Assembly (NCBI GenBank): GCA_017654855.1 | Contig: CM030334.1 | Coordinates: forward strand, 2,604,001 to 2,668,000 | Source of the DNA: Podospora anserina | Taxonomy: Eukaryota | Length of the DNA stretch: 64,000 nucleotides | Direction of reading: 5' to 3' | Part shown: positions 1 to 11,385 of the stretch, one piece after another | How positions within the stretch are numbered: position 1 is the stretch's first letter | Layout of the letters: the number at the start of each line of letters is the position of its first letter | Position numbers and translations under genes: made by a program | The notes under the pieces: generated by a model | What the model saw: only the letters and a program-made list of their open reading frames with translations | What the model was told of the DNA's origin: nothing | The model's database searches: none

Positions 1-42
1 GGCCGGGGCATCACCAGGTGGGAACAAGATCAAGAAACGCAT
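1..42 (-). CDS. Possible 5' end of a gene running off the left edge (MRFLILFPPGDAPA...)
   Basis: ATG at 42-40 in a reasonable context (AGCATCATG) with an open frame to the window edge. Only 14 codons are visible, so this is weak. Confidence 0.25.
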   Translation of the reverse strand, partial: MRFLILFPPGDAPA

Positions 43-2149
43 GATGCTAAAGTGGTGACTGGAGATGGGAAACCTGGTGTTGGTTGTCACCCCTGAACCT
101 GGGCCTGGGTTGACTTGAGCAAGAGAAGTGGGGGTTGCTCCATTTCAGGGGTTGTGGGGGAGGAGTAGATAATCCTTGCTGCGCATCATTCCCCAGCGAT
201 AGTGATAACTTTATTCCTGCTTTGGGCAAAAGATCGATTCCAAGGGTCTCGAGCTCGAGAGAGAGGGGGAGGGGTAAATCCTTTGATTTCTGGGCCAGGC
301 CCCCGCGATTCGGTCTTGCTCTCGATTCTTGAGTCTGTCTGACGGCAAATGCGAATCTAGCATGTTGCTTTTCGTTTTGTGGGTTTCTCCGAGGGACGGT
401 GTAAGTCGGCAGCTCACCAGTCGAATTCTTGTTCTTTTTCCCTCCAAGATTTTGTCTCAGTATCATATGAAAAGAAAGGGCAAACGCCACAGGGTCGTGT
501 TCTGGGACAGCCACGCTGAGCAGACAGACCCGCCAATATGGTATCGCTCCCAAAAAGATTAGTTTTGCGGGCAGACGTCCTGCAGGCCGGTATTAAAAGT
601 CACGCCACGCGTTTGGCGTGGGGAGATAAGCATTGCCTGGGTGAAGTACTTGGATCGAGTACAAGAATTACAATCTGGCCGAGGTACGATGCGATAGTAT
701 CGGATCAAAAGTCGTGTTCGTGAATTTATCATCCGCCAGCATGGCAACAGGAAATGCCTCAAGGACGACCGGGCGGTGTGGCGATGGATGCTGGTGCCCG
801 GAAACTTGTTGTGTGTAACAATGCAGCCAACATCTACAGCCATCTGTCGTACCAATGATGGTGTGGGTGGCTGCAGGAGCTGCCAAGACTGATATCGTCT
901 AAAGACACCTGCTCTTGGGCAGAATCAAGGGTCTCGCATGGCCTTTGATCGACGGTCAAGAAGTGGCTTGACACGAGACATTCTAGATAGCTGTCATTTG
1001 ACTTCTGGATGGCATGTGGGTGACACTTGATAGACGGCGTCGATCTATCTGGTTGCTCGTCTTACCCGGCCGAGTGATGAAGTGCAACACTCGCGTCAGG
1101 AACACCGCTGTGTCGAATTGAACTGAAGAGCAAGTATTGAATGCATGGGAGCTAGTAGGCGAATTCATGCTGAATATTCACATACTACCTACACATACAA
1201 TATCGTGGTGTCCCGCTGCACTGGAAAAGGCGGAGTGATGGGAGTGACGGGCAACGAGGGGCTGCGAAAAGTGTGGGGTTCTCCCCCACGTCCCTTCCTC
1301 CCCGGGCTCTTCCTTCCGTGTCCTGTCCGACTTCAGCCGACTGCTCTTTCCTCAACAACAGCCTCGCGACTTCCCAAACGGTGTCTCGATCACCGATCCA
1401 AATCGTAGATAGGCACATCATCTGACCGGCACGTAACCACCCCGCCAAGTCAACTGACGATGACAATGTCGGAGGGGTTGCACGAGAGAGCTCGGCGGGA
1501 GGGCTAGAGGTCAGAACCGAATCGTCCTGAAATTATATCAGGGCTGTGCCTCATCTTCGGTACTCAGCAGGGACCCTGGCAGATACACGCCCCCATCCCG
1601 CGTTGAGCAAGGTGCAGACGATGGAACCCATGCCAGAAGAGGGCCAGCCAAACAGAGGCCTGTATTCCTTATCTCTAGCCATCAGTCAGCCAATGAAACA
1701 AACCACCATCTCCAGTAAACTCCCTTCCTGATATCAGCATCACTGTGGGGACACATGCCCACCTGCGTAGCACACAAGTAAGAAGAGACTTGGGGGTAGT
1801 GGCCGTTAAGTATATATGATGTATATGGAGTACAACTTGAGACATTTCATGATGCCGAGCATTGCCTTGCTGTAATTATAGTGTGTGGTGAGCCGGGTCG
1901 ACGAACCGGAGATGTAAAGACGCCTCACCTCACACTACCTGCGGCCGCCCCTCCGTCCAGTTGCTCCTTCCATCTGTACTTTTTTTCTCAACAATCCGGC
2001 GGTGAACTCGGGTACCCCTCTAGGTTTCTTTGAACAGCTGTCCCCAGAAAGGAGCGGTTTCTTCAGTAAATACTACTTTTGTATTGTGCTTCTTCATCAC
2101 ACAACTACCACCGGCAGCATCAACAGCACAGCAACACCATATCCGGGCC

Positions 2150-4143
2150 ATGACAACGACTCCTAACCGACGTCACAGCACCATGTGGTGGGACGACGAC
2201 ACCATTGAACGCACAGTCACACGCATGTTTGTGTGTAGCCATCTTATTCCTGAGGAAATCGAGCGACTCGACCGCACCCTGGGCTTTGGCGATGGCTTGA
2301 CCGATGGGACTTATTGGGAGTGGATCGAGCAAAAGGCCAAGAGGATCTTCCTCATTCTTGTCGAGCTCAAAGTCCCTGACCAGATCTTCGGCGTGATTGA
2401 CGACTCGTGGGACGACGAGGACCTGCCTATTGCTCGGGACCAAGTTGAGCGACTCGCCCTGACCCCTACCAGAGACAGCAGGCTGGAACAGGAATTCTAC
2501 GAAAAGCAGTTTTACTATCTACTTCGACCTCTGCGCAAGGGCGAGCATGTCATCTACCAAGATAGCGAGGTGGTTCCGCTGGAGGTGGTCGAAAAGAAGC
2601 ACGTCCCCGGCCAGACCCCTTTCTTCGACAAGGTCATGCTTCCAGGCCACCCAGGAACCGTGTTCTGTCGCGTGAAGATGCCGATTGGCGGCGGCTACTC
2701 GAGCCCGGAAGACTTTCTGTTCGACGTGAACGGCATTCGCAACGTCCAGAACGACCATCTCGCTTCTTACTGGGCGTCCTATGTTCAACAAGGCTATGGC
2801 TATGCCCTCTTCACCAATGCGGCCGACTACACTCTCAAGGGCCTCCTCACCACAACGCCAGCATGCTTCAAGAACATGGAGAAAAAGGCACGACGGCGAC
2901 AGGTCATGGAATGGATCCACTGTCTCATTGACACGGTGTGTTTCCTTCACAACAGAGGCCTATCTCACGGCAACATCAAGCCTTCCACAGTCTTGTTTAC
3001 CAGCGAGAACCATATCTTCCTTTCAGACTTGCTTGGTTACACTGGACTGGACAGAAACTCGTTCGACAAAGAGTCATATGACTACGCGGCGCCGGAGCAG
3101 TGGTTTAAACCGAGCTCACCATCGTCAACTTCGTTTCACCGCCGAGGAACCGTGACATCCACGACAGCTTCACCTGAAAGCCCTAACTATGTCACCAGCC
3201 GTTCCACCCCCGATTCCAGCCAGCACCCGATGGCCATGATGCATGCACCCACGCCTCACCTGAGTCCCCAAGCGGCAGACATCTTTTCCCTCGGTTGCAT
3301 AATTCTGGACCTCCTCAGCTTCCTGGTAAAGAAGCACGGAAGACCGTTCGCAACACATCGGGCCGCAAAGCACAAGACCCCTAGCAGGGGCGGTGCTGTC
3401 CCTGACTCGTCGTTTCATCGGAACCTATCTCAGGTCGAGAGCTGGATGACCCTACTGGTCAAGGAAGCCCAGAAAAAGGAGAAGGACGACGACATATTCA
3501 AAGGCATCGCCCCTATGCTTCATATTGTTGAGCACATGCTTTCCTCTCATCCTACCGACCGCCCTGACGCCCAAGACTTACAGACGAGAATGTACAAGAT
3601 TTTAACGGATCATTGCGAGATTTTGGAGCCGCACTGTGTACATCAGTATGACAACGGCTGGGACTTTGGCATGGCAAGCCTGAAGCTTGACACCACTGGT
3701 AATAGACGAGCCAGTGGTGGTTCAGGACGTCACCACCCGCGAAACAGCATTGGAAGCAGGGGAAGCGGACGAAGCTCAGGTTCTGTTCAGGACCTGCAGG
3801 GCCAGGAAACCTTTCTAGTCCCTCGGCTCTCCAGATCAAGGAGCTCTAGAGGACCTCCTTCCGTTGCATCGAGCCGGGCTCCCCTTTTCACCGGTAAGCA
3901 ACTTTTTTCTTTTGGCAACAGTCAACAGCGGCCTCGTTGGCCTACCAAAGTATCTCAACCATCGCTTTTCAGGAGCCAGTTACATAAGCGCGACGAAGTG
4001 ATCCCAATTTGTTGTCTCTTAACCGCCATCGTTGTTACCACCAGAGAAAGAAGCTAACTAGACATGCAGCAGCACCAAGAGAGGGTTGGAAAGGCCCAAT
4101 GACGTTTTGGCAAACGGATTCGCGAATGATGGCCACTAGGTAG
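2150..4143 (+). CDS. Protein kinase-fold protein, probably a pseudokinase (~605 aa)
   Basis: ORF 2030-4057, first ATG at 2150. Kinase subdomains: HGNIKPSTVLF (VIb), LSDLLG (VII), YAAPE (VIII), ADIFSLGCI (IX), ML..P.DRP (XI). Intron 3894-4069 (GTAAGC...GCTAAC...CAG) joins a last exon ending at TAG 4141-4143. Confidence 0.8.
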
Positions 4144-4597
4144 AGAAGCAACATCTGCCCTATTTCTTCGTTTGTTCATTCATGGGATGGGGAGTTGGCG
4201 AAAACCTATGGGACCACAGGTCATTGCTTTTGTGAGATCTCTTCGCATTCAGAGTCAACTGAATTTCTTTTGTTTTGATGATTTCTTTGGGAAGCACAGT
4301 GTCTTGATGTTAAGGGAGGACGGGAGAAATGTGCATATAAATGGTGCATGTGTCGGAATACATAAGGCTGGCGTTGTTTGGGAAGTGTAAGCATCGATAC
4401 CCGGTGGAATTTAGCTGCCATGTTTTATAGCAAGATCTCATATTTCTTTTCGAGATTGTTGTTGGGATAATTTCATGATGCCGTCTTGATCACGGTAGGT
4501 GGCTCGAAGAAGTTATTCATTTGTAGTCTGATATTCCTATGATGTATGCTCCAAACATATACCTTAAAACCGCGCTCTTTCTTCAACAAATCAAGAA

Positions 4598-4669
4598 GGC
4601 CTCGTGGCGCAACGGTAGCGCGTTCGACTCCAGATCGAAAGGTTATCCGTTCAAATCGGGTCGGGGTCA
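4598..4669 (+). tRNA. tRNA-Trp (anticodon CCA), intronless
   Basis: Cloverleaf: acceptor GGCCTCG/CGGGGTC plus discriminator A; D arm with A box TGGCGCAACGG; anticodon arm TTCGA-CTCCAGA-TCGAA (CCA at 4630-4632); T arm ATCCG-TTCAAAT-CGGGT. Confidence 0.96.
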
Positions 4670-4732
4670 ATTCAAAGATGATGGAGAGCCCCCCCTGTTA
4701 ACTCAGGGGGCACGCACTCCGGATTTGATTTC
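4670..4732 (+). ncRNA. Candidate structured ncRNA in the tRNA-Trp 3' trailer (K-turn hairpin)
   Basis: No run of 4 or more T between the tRNA end and 4733. Nested stems TCAAA/TTTGA, GGAG/CTCC and CCCCCTG/CAGGGGG, with a GAT bulge and tandem G.A/A.G pairs. Confidence 0.5.
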
Positions 4733-4738
4733 TTTTTT
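4733..4738 (+). terminator. Pol III terminator (T6) of the tRNA-Trp transcription unit
   Basis: First long T run after the tRNA, about 64 nt downstream. Confidence 0.7.
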
Positions 4739-5341
4739 ATGCCTCTTCTCCCTTCGAGGCCTAAATGTAGGTCTTTTGTCAAGTTTCTGAACGGCAGTAT
4801 CCTGAATTTTTGGAGACCTGTGAGGAGAGTGGATATTTTGGAGATGGAGTTGATGTTCAAAGATGGCTGTGTTTTTAAGGGGAGATGGAGCCCAGGGTTA
4901 GGGTCTCAAAGTGCAGGTTCCGGGTGCCAGCAGGTGGCAGGGGTTCGCTTGTGAGCTCATGGCGACCATGGATCTTGCGCCGCGCGGATCGTGTCCACAG
5001 CGCTATTCGTCCCCAGATTCGGCCATTGAAAGAGAACACAACCACCGTTCGAACCCTCGACACCCACTTGGCGCCGCAAGATGCTGGTGCCCATCAGCAA
5101 TGCTGGTGAATCGAGCGGTTTTAACGATCCAGCATAATAGACAATCTCCTCTCCTTGGTCAGCAGCAAACATAGTAGCCTCTGTGTCTCTCTCTGCCTCT
5201 CTTCCCCTCTCTTCCAACGCAAGACAAGACGGTACCCCCGACGACTTCCGAACGAACAATTGATAGACAAGACAAGACGGCCCGTACACTCCCTCGAACT
5301 CCTCCGATATCCCGAACGTCCCCGTAAAACACGAACAAGAA

Positions 5342-8334
5342 ATGTCGCCCGACGGCCCCAACAGCAGTAGCAACAACAACAGCAGCAGCAGTAATATCCG
5401 AGTCTTTGTGCGCTGGCACGAGCAGGTCGTCTTCGCTGGCGAGGAGGTCAAGTGCACCATCACGTTCAAAAACGTCGCCCGTCCACCAGGCAGCAACAAC
5501 TGCAACGGCAGCAGCAACAACCATGTCTCAACACCGCCGAGTAGTCTGAAGCCCTTTTCGCAGCGGGAGCGGCTGCGCCAACCTTCCCCTTTACACCCCC
5601 GCGCATCATCATCATCGGGTGGGAGGTCGAAGCACAGTTCTAGCAGCAGTCTCGCGCCGCCGTCGGCTGCTGCTGCCGGGGGCAGGGGCCATCACAGGTC
5701 GAGTCTCTCGCTTTCCGTCCCGTCTGCGGCTTCCCGAGCGAGGGCGGGTTCGATTCAGAGTCCGACTCCGTGGACGCCCGCGACGCCGAACTCACCTGCG
5801 CTTTCGGCGAGGGGTGGTGTTGGTGGTGGTAATGGTGGAGGCGTGTCATCGCCGTCTGGATCGGGGACGCAGAGGAATGGGCATGGGCATAAGCGGTCTG
5901 TGTCGATTGTTTCGATTGGGTCGTCGGTGAGCACGATTGGGGGTGGTGGGGATGATGGGCAGAGTGTTGCTGGCTCTGCGAGCTCTAAGCGGTCGGGGAG
6001 AGGTCATACTAGAGCTTCGAGTCTCCAGATTCTGCCGAGGGGTGGGTTGTTCAATGGGCCGCGGTCTGGTGAGTTTTTTGGTGATTTTGAGGAGAGGGTA
6101 AGGGTAGGGGACTGATTATTGGATGTGTAGCAACTACGCCGAGACTAACAGCTTCGCAATCTTCGCCTTTATTTCACGCGTCATACCCACCCGAACGAAG
6201 CATGAATGGGCGGCGCTCGGGTGGCTCAACTGCGCCTGGGACACCGAGGGTCGGAGGTTCGAAGATTTCGCCCACGTCAGAGCCGCCGAATCCGCTGGCA
6301 GAGTTTAGGTTCCCTGCGGCAGCTTCACCGGCTACGCCGATAACACCTGGGATGCCGCCAACGCCGGGCCCGGGACGCTCAGAGGATGACTTGCTTAGCC
6401 CGAGTGGAGCGACGGCTGGGTTCCTGAACAATCTGCCTATACGTCAGCGAGACCAGGTTCCGACGATTCACGAGCACGGAGCCACGCTGCCGGCAAGGGT
6501 TTTGTCGACTACGAGTATAGCGGGAACACCCAGAAGCAGTGGCGAGTTTTATTCGATGAGTAACAACTCATCCGAGACGTTGGCCTCCGAGTATGTGCTA
6601 CATCAGCCGCTTAGGACGCAGCCGCGCCCGCCCCATAGCAGGAGGACGTCAAATCTGGTGCCTACTGCGGTGAGGCCGCCGGAATCTCTGATGATGGGGT
6701 ATGCGCAGGTGCAAGGGTCATTTACGCTGGATGGATCGCTCGTGAATCTCGCGCCGTTTGAAGCGGTGAAGCGGAAGGCGGTAGTTGGTGGGCACGGGGG
6801 TGGTGTTATTGGGTTGGAAACGAACACCAAGCGGGACAGCGGTCTGCTGAGGAGCTTTGGATGGGGGAGTATCACCAGCTCGATTGGAGAACTGCTAGGC
6901 GGCGGCGAGCTCAGCACGATTAAGGAAATGCGAGGGCTCGCGGGCTCCAAGGCGGTGCCCCTTTTGTCAACACCACAGTCAATCCTGTTTGTTGATTTAC
7001 AGCTGGGACCCGGGGAGAGCATGGCTTATGAGTACACGTTCAAGCTCCCCAAGGGATTGCCACCAACCCACCGAGGGAAAGCCATGAAAATCTCCTACAG
7101 CCTGGTGATTGGCACCCAACGGCCTGGAGGTGCGAAAGAGCAACAAGTCAAATCAGTCGACATCCCATTCCGCGTCCTAGGGAGTGTGAACAGCCACGGC
7201 GAGATTCTGGGGCACGACCTCATGTCTCCGTATATCATCCTGCGAGACCAGGCGGTCGTACAACCGGCCAGCATGGAGTCGTCATCCTCTTCTCAGCTGA
7301 TGGTCTCCAAACCAAAACCCTCACCCCCCACAACAGGTCCAGCATCAACCATGGCCTCGTTTTTGTCCTACGTGGACGAGCTGCTCACCAAATCCCACGA
7401 CAACCCCACTGCCGGGCTGTTATCCCCAACAGCGATGCCCACCTCGCGGCGTCCATCGACGTACTCGATGTCGGACGCCGGTTTCGGCGGGCTACCACCC
7501 CCGACAGCGAAAGAAGCCATCGACCTTGCCATCCTCCGCTCCAACCTGACCACCTCCCCGGGCCAACAGTCGACCAACCGGTTCGAGATTGCGCGCAACG
7601 GCCGCCGCGTGGGGGTGGTCATGCTTGCCCGACCGGCCTACCGGTTGGGAGAGATTGTGACGCTGGTGATTGATTTTAGTAATGCGGAGATACCCTGCTA
7701 CGCGGTCCACGCGGCGCTGGAGACGTCGGAGAAGATTCTCGATCCGGGGCTCGCGCTGAGGAGCGAGGCGAGTGTTTATAGAGTGACAAGAAAGGTGTGG
7801 GTGAGCCAGAGCGAGGCGGCCATGTACGGACGGAGGGTGGTGTTTCAGCCGACGATACCGGTGAGTGCGACGCCGGAGTTTGAGACGACGGGGATTGGGC
7901 TGGGGTGGAGGGTTAGGTTGGAGTTTGTGGTGCCTGTTGATTTGGAGCCGCAGCTTGGCAGCAATAACAACAACCGGCAGCAAGAACAGCAGAAGGGGGG
8001 GTTGGGGGATGTGGAAGAGGAGGAGGAGGAGGAGGAGGAGGAGGAGGAAGGGGAAGGGGATAGGTTGAGAGGGAGAGGAGAGGAAGGGGTGGGGTTGGGG
8101 TTGAGCGGGGTGAATACTGGTGGGAATGGAGGGCAGGTGGTGAAGAGTAAGGGACATCCGTTGCTCGAGGAGATTAGCAGGGATGATAGAGGGGGTTTGG
8201 TGATGGTGGCGGTGGAGAATTTGACGTGTGAGAGCTTTGAGGTGGCGGTGCCGTTGAGGGTATATGGGGCTGTTTGTAATGGGTTGGAGAGGTTGGAGAG
8301 GGATGAGGCGTTGGAGGAGGGGTTGGTTGTTTAG
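5342..8334 (+). CDS. RGP1: Rgp1 subunit of the Ric1-Rgp1 GEF for Ypt6/Rab6 (~976 aa)
   Basis: Exons 5342-6068 and 6131-8334 (intron GTGAGT...CTGAT...TAG, phase 1, frames match). Motifs VVFAGEEVKCTITFKN, LMMGYAQVQGSFTLD, LSTPQSILFVDLQL and LPPTHRGKAMKISYSLVIGTQR. Poly-Glu (GAG)n near 8017-8049. Confidence 0.88.
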
Positions 8335-8985
8335 ATGGGGGTTGTATATATTTATCGGTGCATGAATTGAGTATTGAATGGTCAAAGCAGTCCTATCACC
8401 CAGCGAGTTTGTGCTATGTATCATTCACGGCACGGTCTAAGAGCGTTTCCAGAGTCATTGATTGAACTTGTTGCATATTTCCCACCCACCCCCAACTATT
8501 CTTTCCTCCTGCAGAAACACAAAACAGCCACCCATTTGATACGTCTCTCTCTCTCTCTTTCTCTGCACTACATACAAATATCGCGATCACCCAGGACATC
8601 TTGTACAAAAAGCCAACACACATCGTGCAACCCCTTAGTCCTGTACTTCCTATACAAAGATGCCAAGACCATATACAACCAGCTTATACTCCAGATAAGA
8701 AATCATATCCTCATAATTTTGACCTCCTCAATCCTCCGGGAGAAGAGGGGTAAGATATCGACAAGCCCTGTCCACCTCTTTTGAGGACAGGATCCAGAAA
8801 ACAAAAGGAGAGACAAGAAAAGATTAAACGCCATCCTAATGCATGCAAAAAATAAAAGGGTTCGGTTGTGTGTGTCCAGCAGGCAAAATCCAAACAAGAA
8901 AAAACCTCCCTCCCAAAATGATCTATGCCCCTTTCCTGTTTCCGACCAAAAAAAGCCAAAAAAAAAACCAACGAGATATTTATCA

Positions 8986-11385
8986 TTAGGCATAACGATA
9001 CGGCGTCGAGCGCATTGGCTCCCACCCTTGCTGCTGTGGTTGGTGATACCCTTGCTGCCCCGGTGCTGGTCCACGCATGGCGGGCATTCCGTTGCCGTAG
9101 GGGTATGGTGGCGGTACCGGCTTGGGAATCTTGCGGTGGCTTCTGCTCGACTTCCGGCAGCAGCTGAACAGGCAGCTGCAGACGGCCATGAGGAAGAGAA
9201 GACCGACAACGATAACCACCGGGATGAAGATTGGCTTGTTGTCGTTGATCCAGTCGAGAACCTGCTTGCCAAGCTGTGTACCCTGGCAGTTACCGTTGAA
9301 GCACTTGCCACCACCTTCGCAGGGGGTGCCGTCGAGGAAGTACTGTCGCATAGAAAAGCAAGTGTTGGGCCCAAACTCGGGGGACTGGCAAGACAAGGTG
9401 CAGCCGCTGCTCGAGCATGAGTAGGTATCGTTGTTTGTGGTCAAACGGCCCATCATCGTCTTGCACTGAAGGTCGCGAGATGTGCAGCGGCCAGAAGCAC
9501 ACTGCAGGCCAGCGCCAGGTTCACCGCAGCTATCTCCGTCTGGACGGCTCTCATCAGCTGGGCAAGCAGCTGCTGTCCCTGAACACCTCTCCTCAGGATC
9601 GCAAGGACCGGTGCTGGCACGGCAGACGCTCCCTTGGGCCGCGAAACGACATTGGCCAGTACAGCATTCATCGTTGGAGAAATCACACTGGCTGCCCGTG
9701 GTGAACTTGCAAGTCTTGGGGTCGCAGCATGGGTTGCCCGCGCAGGACTGCTCCCCGCCGCAGTCGCAGTCCTCGCCAGCTTCAACAATGCCGTTTCCAC
9801 ACTGCTGGCCAGTGATGGTGATGAGATTCCTGTTGCTGACGAGACAGCTGGCTCGCTGGGAGCTACGCCCGAGGAAGCTGCAGATGTTGCCTACACTGCA
9901 GGGTGAAAACTGCGTGATGCCGCTGCCTGTCGAAGGGTTCATGATAAAGTTGGCCTGTGCATCGCAAGACTGGCTCGACAGTGGGCAGCACTGTGACTGC
10001 TTGTCTTCGCCGCGGGAACATGAACCCTGTCCGCAGTCATGAACAGCTCCAAAGGTGTGTCCAGTCTCGTGGGCAAAGACAAGCCATTCGGTGGATGTCC
10101 GTACAACGACATTGGCAGCAGCCGTGGTCTCGTTCCCCTGTTGCGTGGCTCCACGCTGGCAGACAGCCCCCAACCAAGCCAGGCCAACGGCATTATCAGT
10201 CCCGCAGCTCGTCAACAGCGTCCAGTAAGCATTGCCATCCCCTTCCCATCGGCCGCGCCACTCTGAGAACTGGCTCAGACGCTGAGTAATAGTAATGCTG
10301 TCGCTGCAGGGCGTGTTCCAGGGCGCGGTTTGGGGGGGTGTGCCTGGGCACTGAGCATCGCTGATGGTCAAGTTCTGAATACCCAGCGAGATGTTGAATG
10401 TTCTCTCGTACAACTCCGAGGCCGAGTTCACGATATCGATGATGTTGGCTCGCACTTCCTCCTTGTTCCTAAACTTGGAAGTGTAACCGCAGTCGGTGGC
10501 GATACCGATCAAGGCAACCCTTTTTGTAGTCGGACATCCCTGCGTCGAACCAATCGACCCGGCCAAGTTGACACCAGCACCGTTTCCACCGATCTGATCC
10601 TGCCGCCCAAACAGAGCCCGAGGGTTGATAGATGCGCCTTCTGTCAGAGGCTGGTTAAAGGCCCGATACACAAGGCTGTTGGAACCCTGGTTGGAAAGAA
10701 GGTCATCAGAGGCGCAGGTTTCCATGCTGCCCAGATCACGCTTGAGATCGACATGGCCAGGCTCGGGGCTGAGATCAGTGTCACGCCAAACAACCATGTA
10801 GTCGTCATCCTCCTCGTCGACTTCGGGGTCGCCCTCGATCGCGAGCGCACGATACGAACTGGCAGTCTTGACGTGATGGTGGTTTCCTGAAATGGTGAAT
10901 ACGCCCGTGAAGATGGGATTTTTCCCATCGCGGATCAAGCTGATTCGAGCCCAGCCCACATGCTTCCATTCGGTCGAGCCGTCCTCCTTGACCCAACTCT
11001 CTCCCTTGAACACACGGATCGCTCGCCTGTCGAGCGGTTCGACCTTGGTGATTGTACCATCGGCACCGACATGTTGGATCGCTGCGTCATCACTGAAGAG
11101 ATCTGTGTTTGGGTCCAATGAGAGACGGACAATTTGATGCTTGCTGTGAAGGTGGAATGTGACGTCGAAAGAGGTATGGGCGTGCACCCGATGAGATGGT
11201 GTTTGGATGTCGATGTCCTCAATGCGCGTTACATAGGACAGCGATCTTCGTTGTACAGAGTGCGCTTGGGTGTTGTGTTAGCTAATGGCGCCTTTTGGTT
11301 TGTAGCAATCGAGCATACCTATCGCATTTTGGAACAGTAGACCTGCAGCTGTGAGGGCGGCCGCGAAGGCCTTGGTAAGAAGCAT
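8986..11385 (-). CDS. ADAM-family (disintegrin and metalloprotease) type I membrane protein (~781 aa)
   Basis: Signal peptide exon 11385-11319, intron 11318-11265, then the long exon. Zn motif HETGHTFGAVHD with Met-turn FIMNP, disintegrin CGNGIVEAGEDCDCG, Cys-rich region, TM segment IFIPVVIVVGLLFLMAVC and a Pro/Gln-rich tail. Confidence 0.93.

Noticed and set aside
7492-8424. Long antisense or alternate-frame ORFs (also 31006-32157, 33017-33829, 44004-44849, 21379-21852)
   Set aside because: These are shadows of real genes or of low-complexity 3'UTRs, caused by codon bias and G/C skew; no protein-like motifs.
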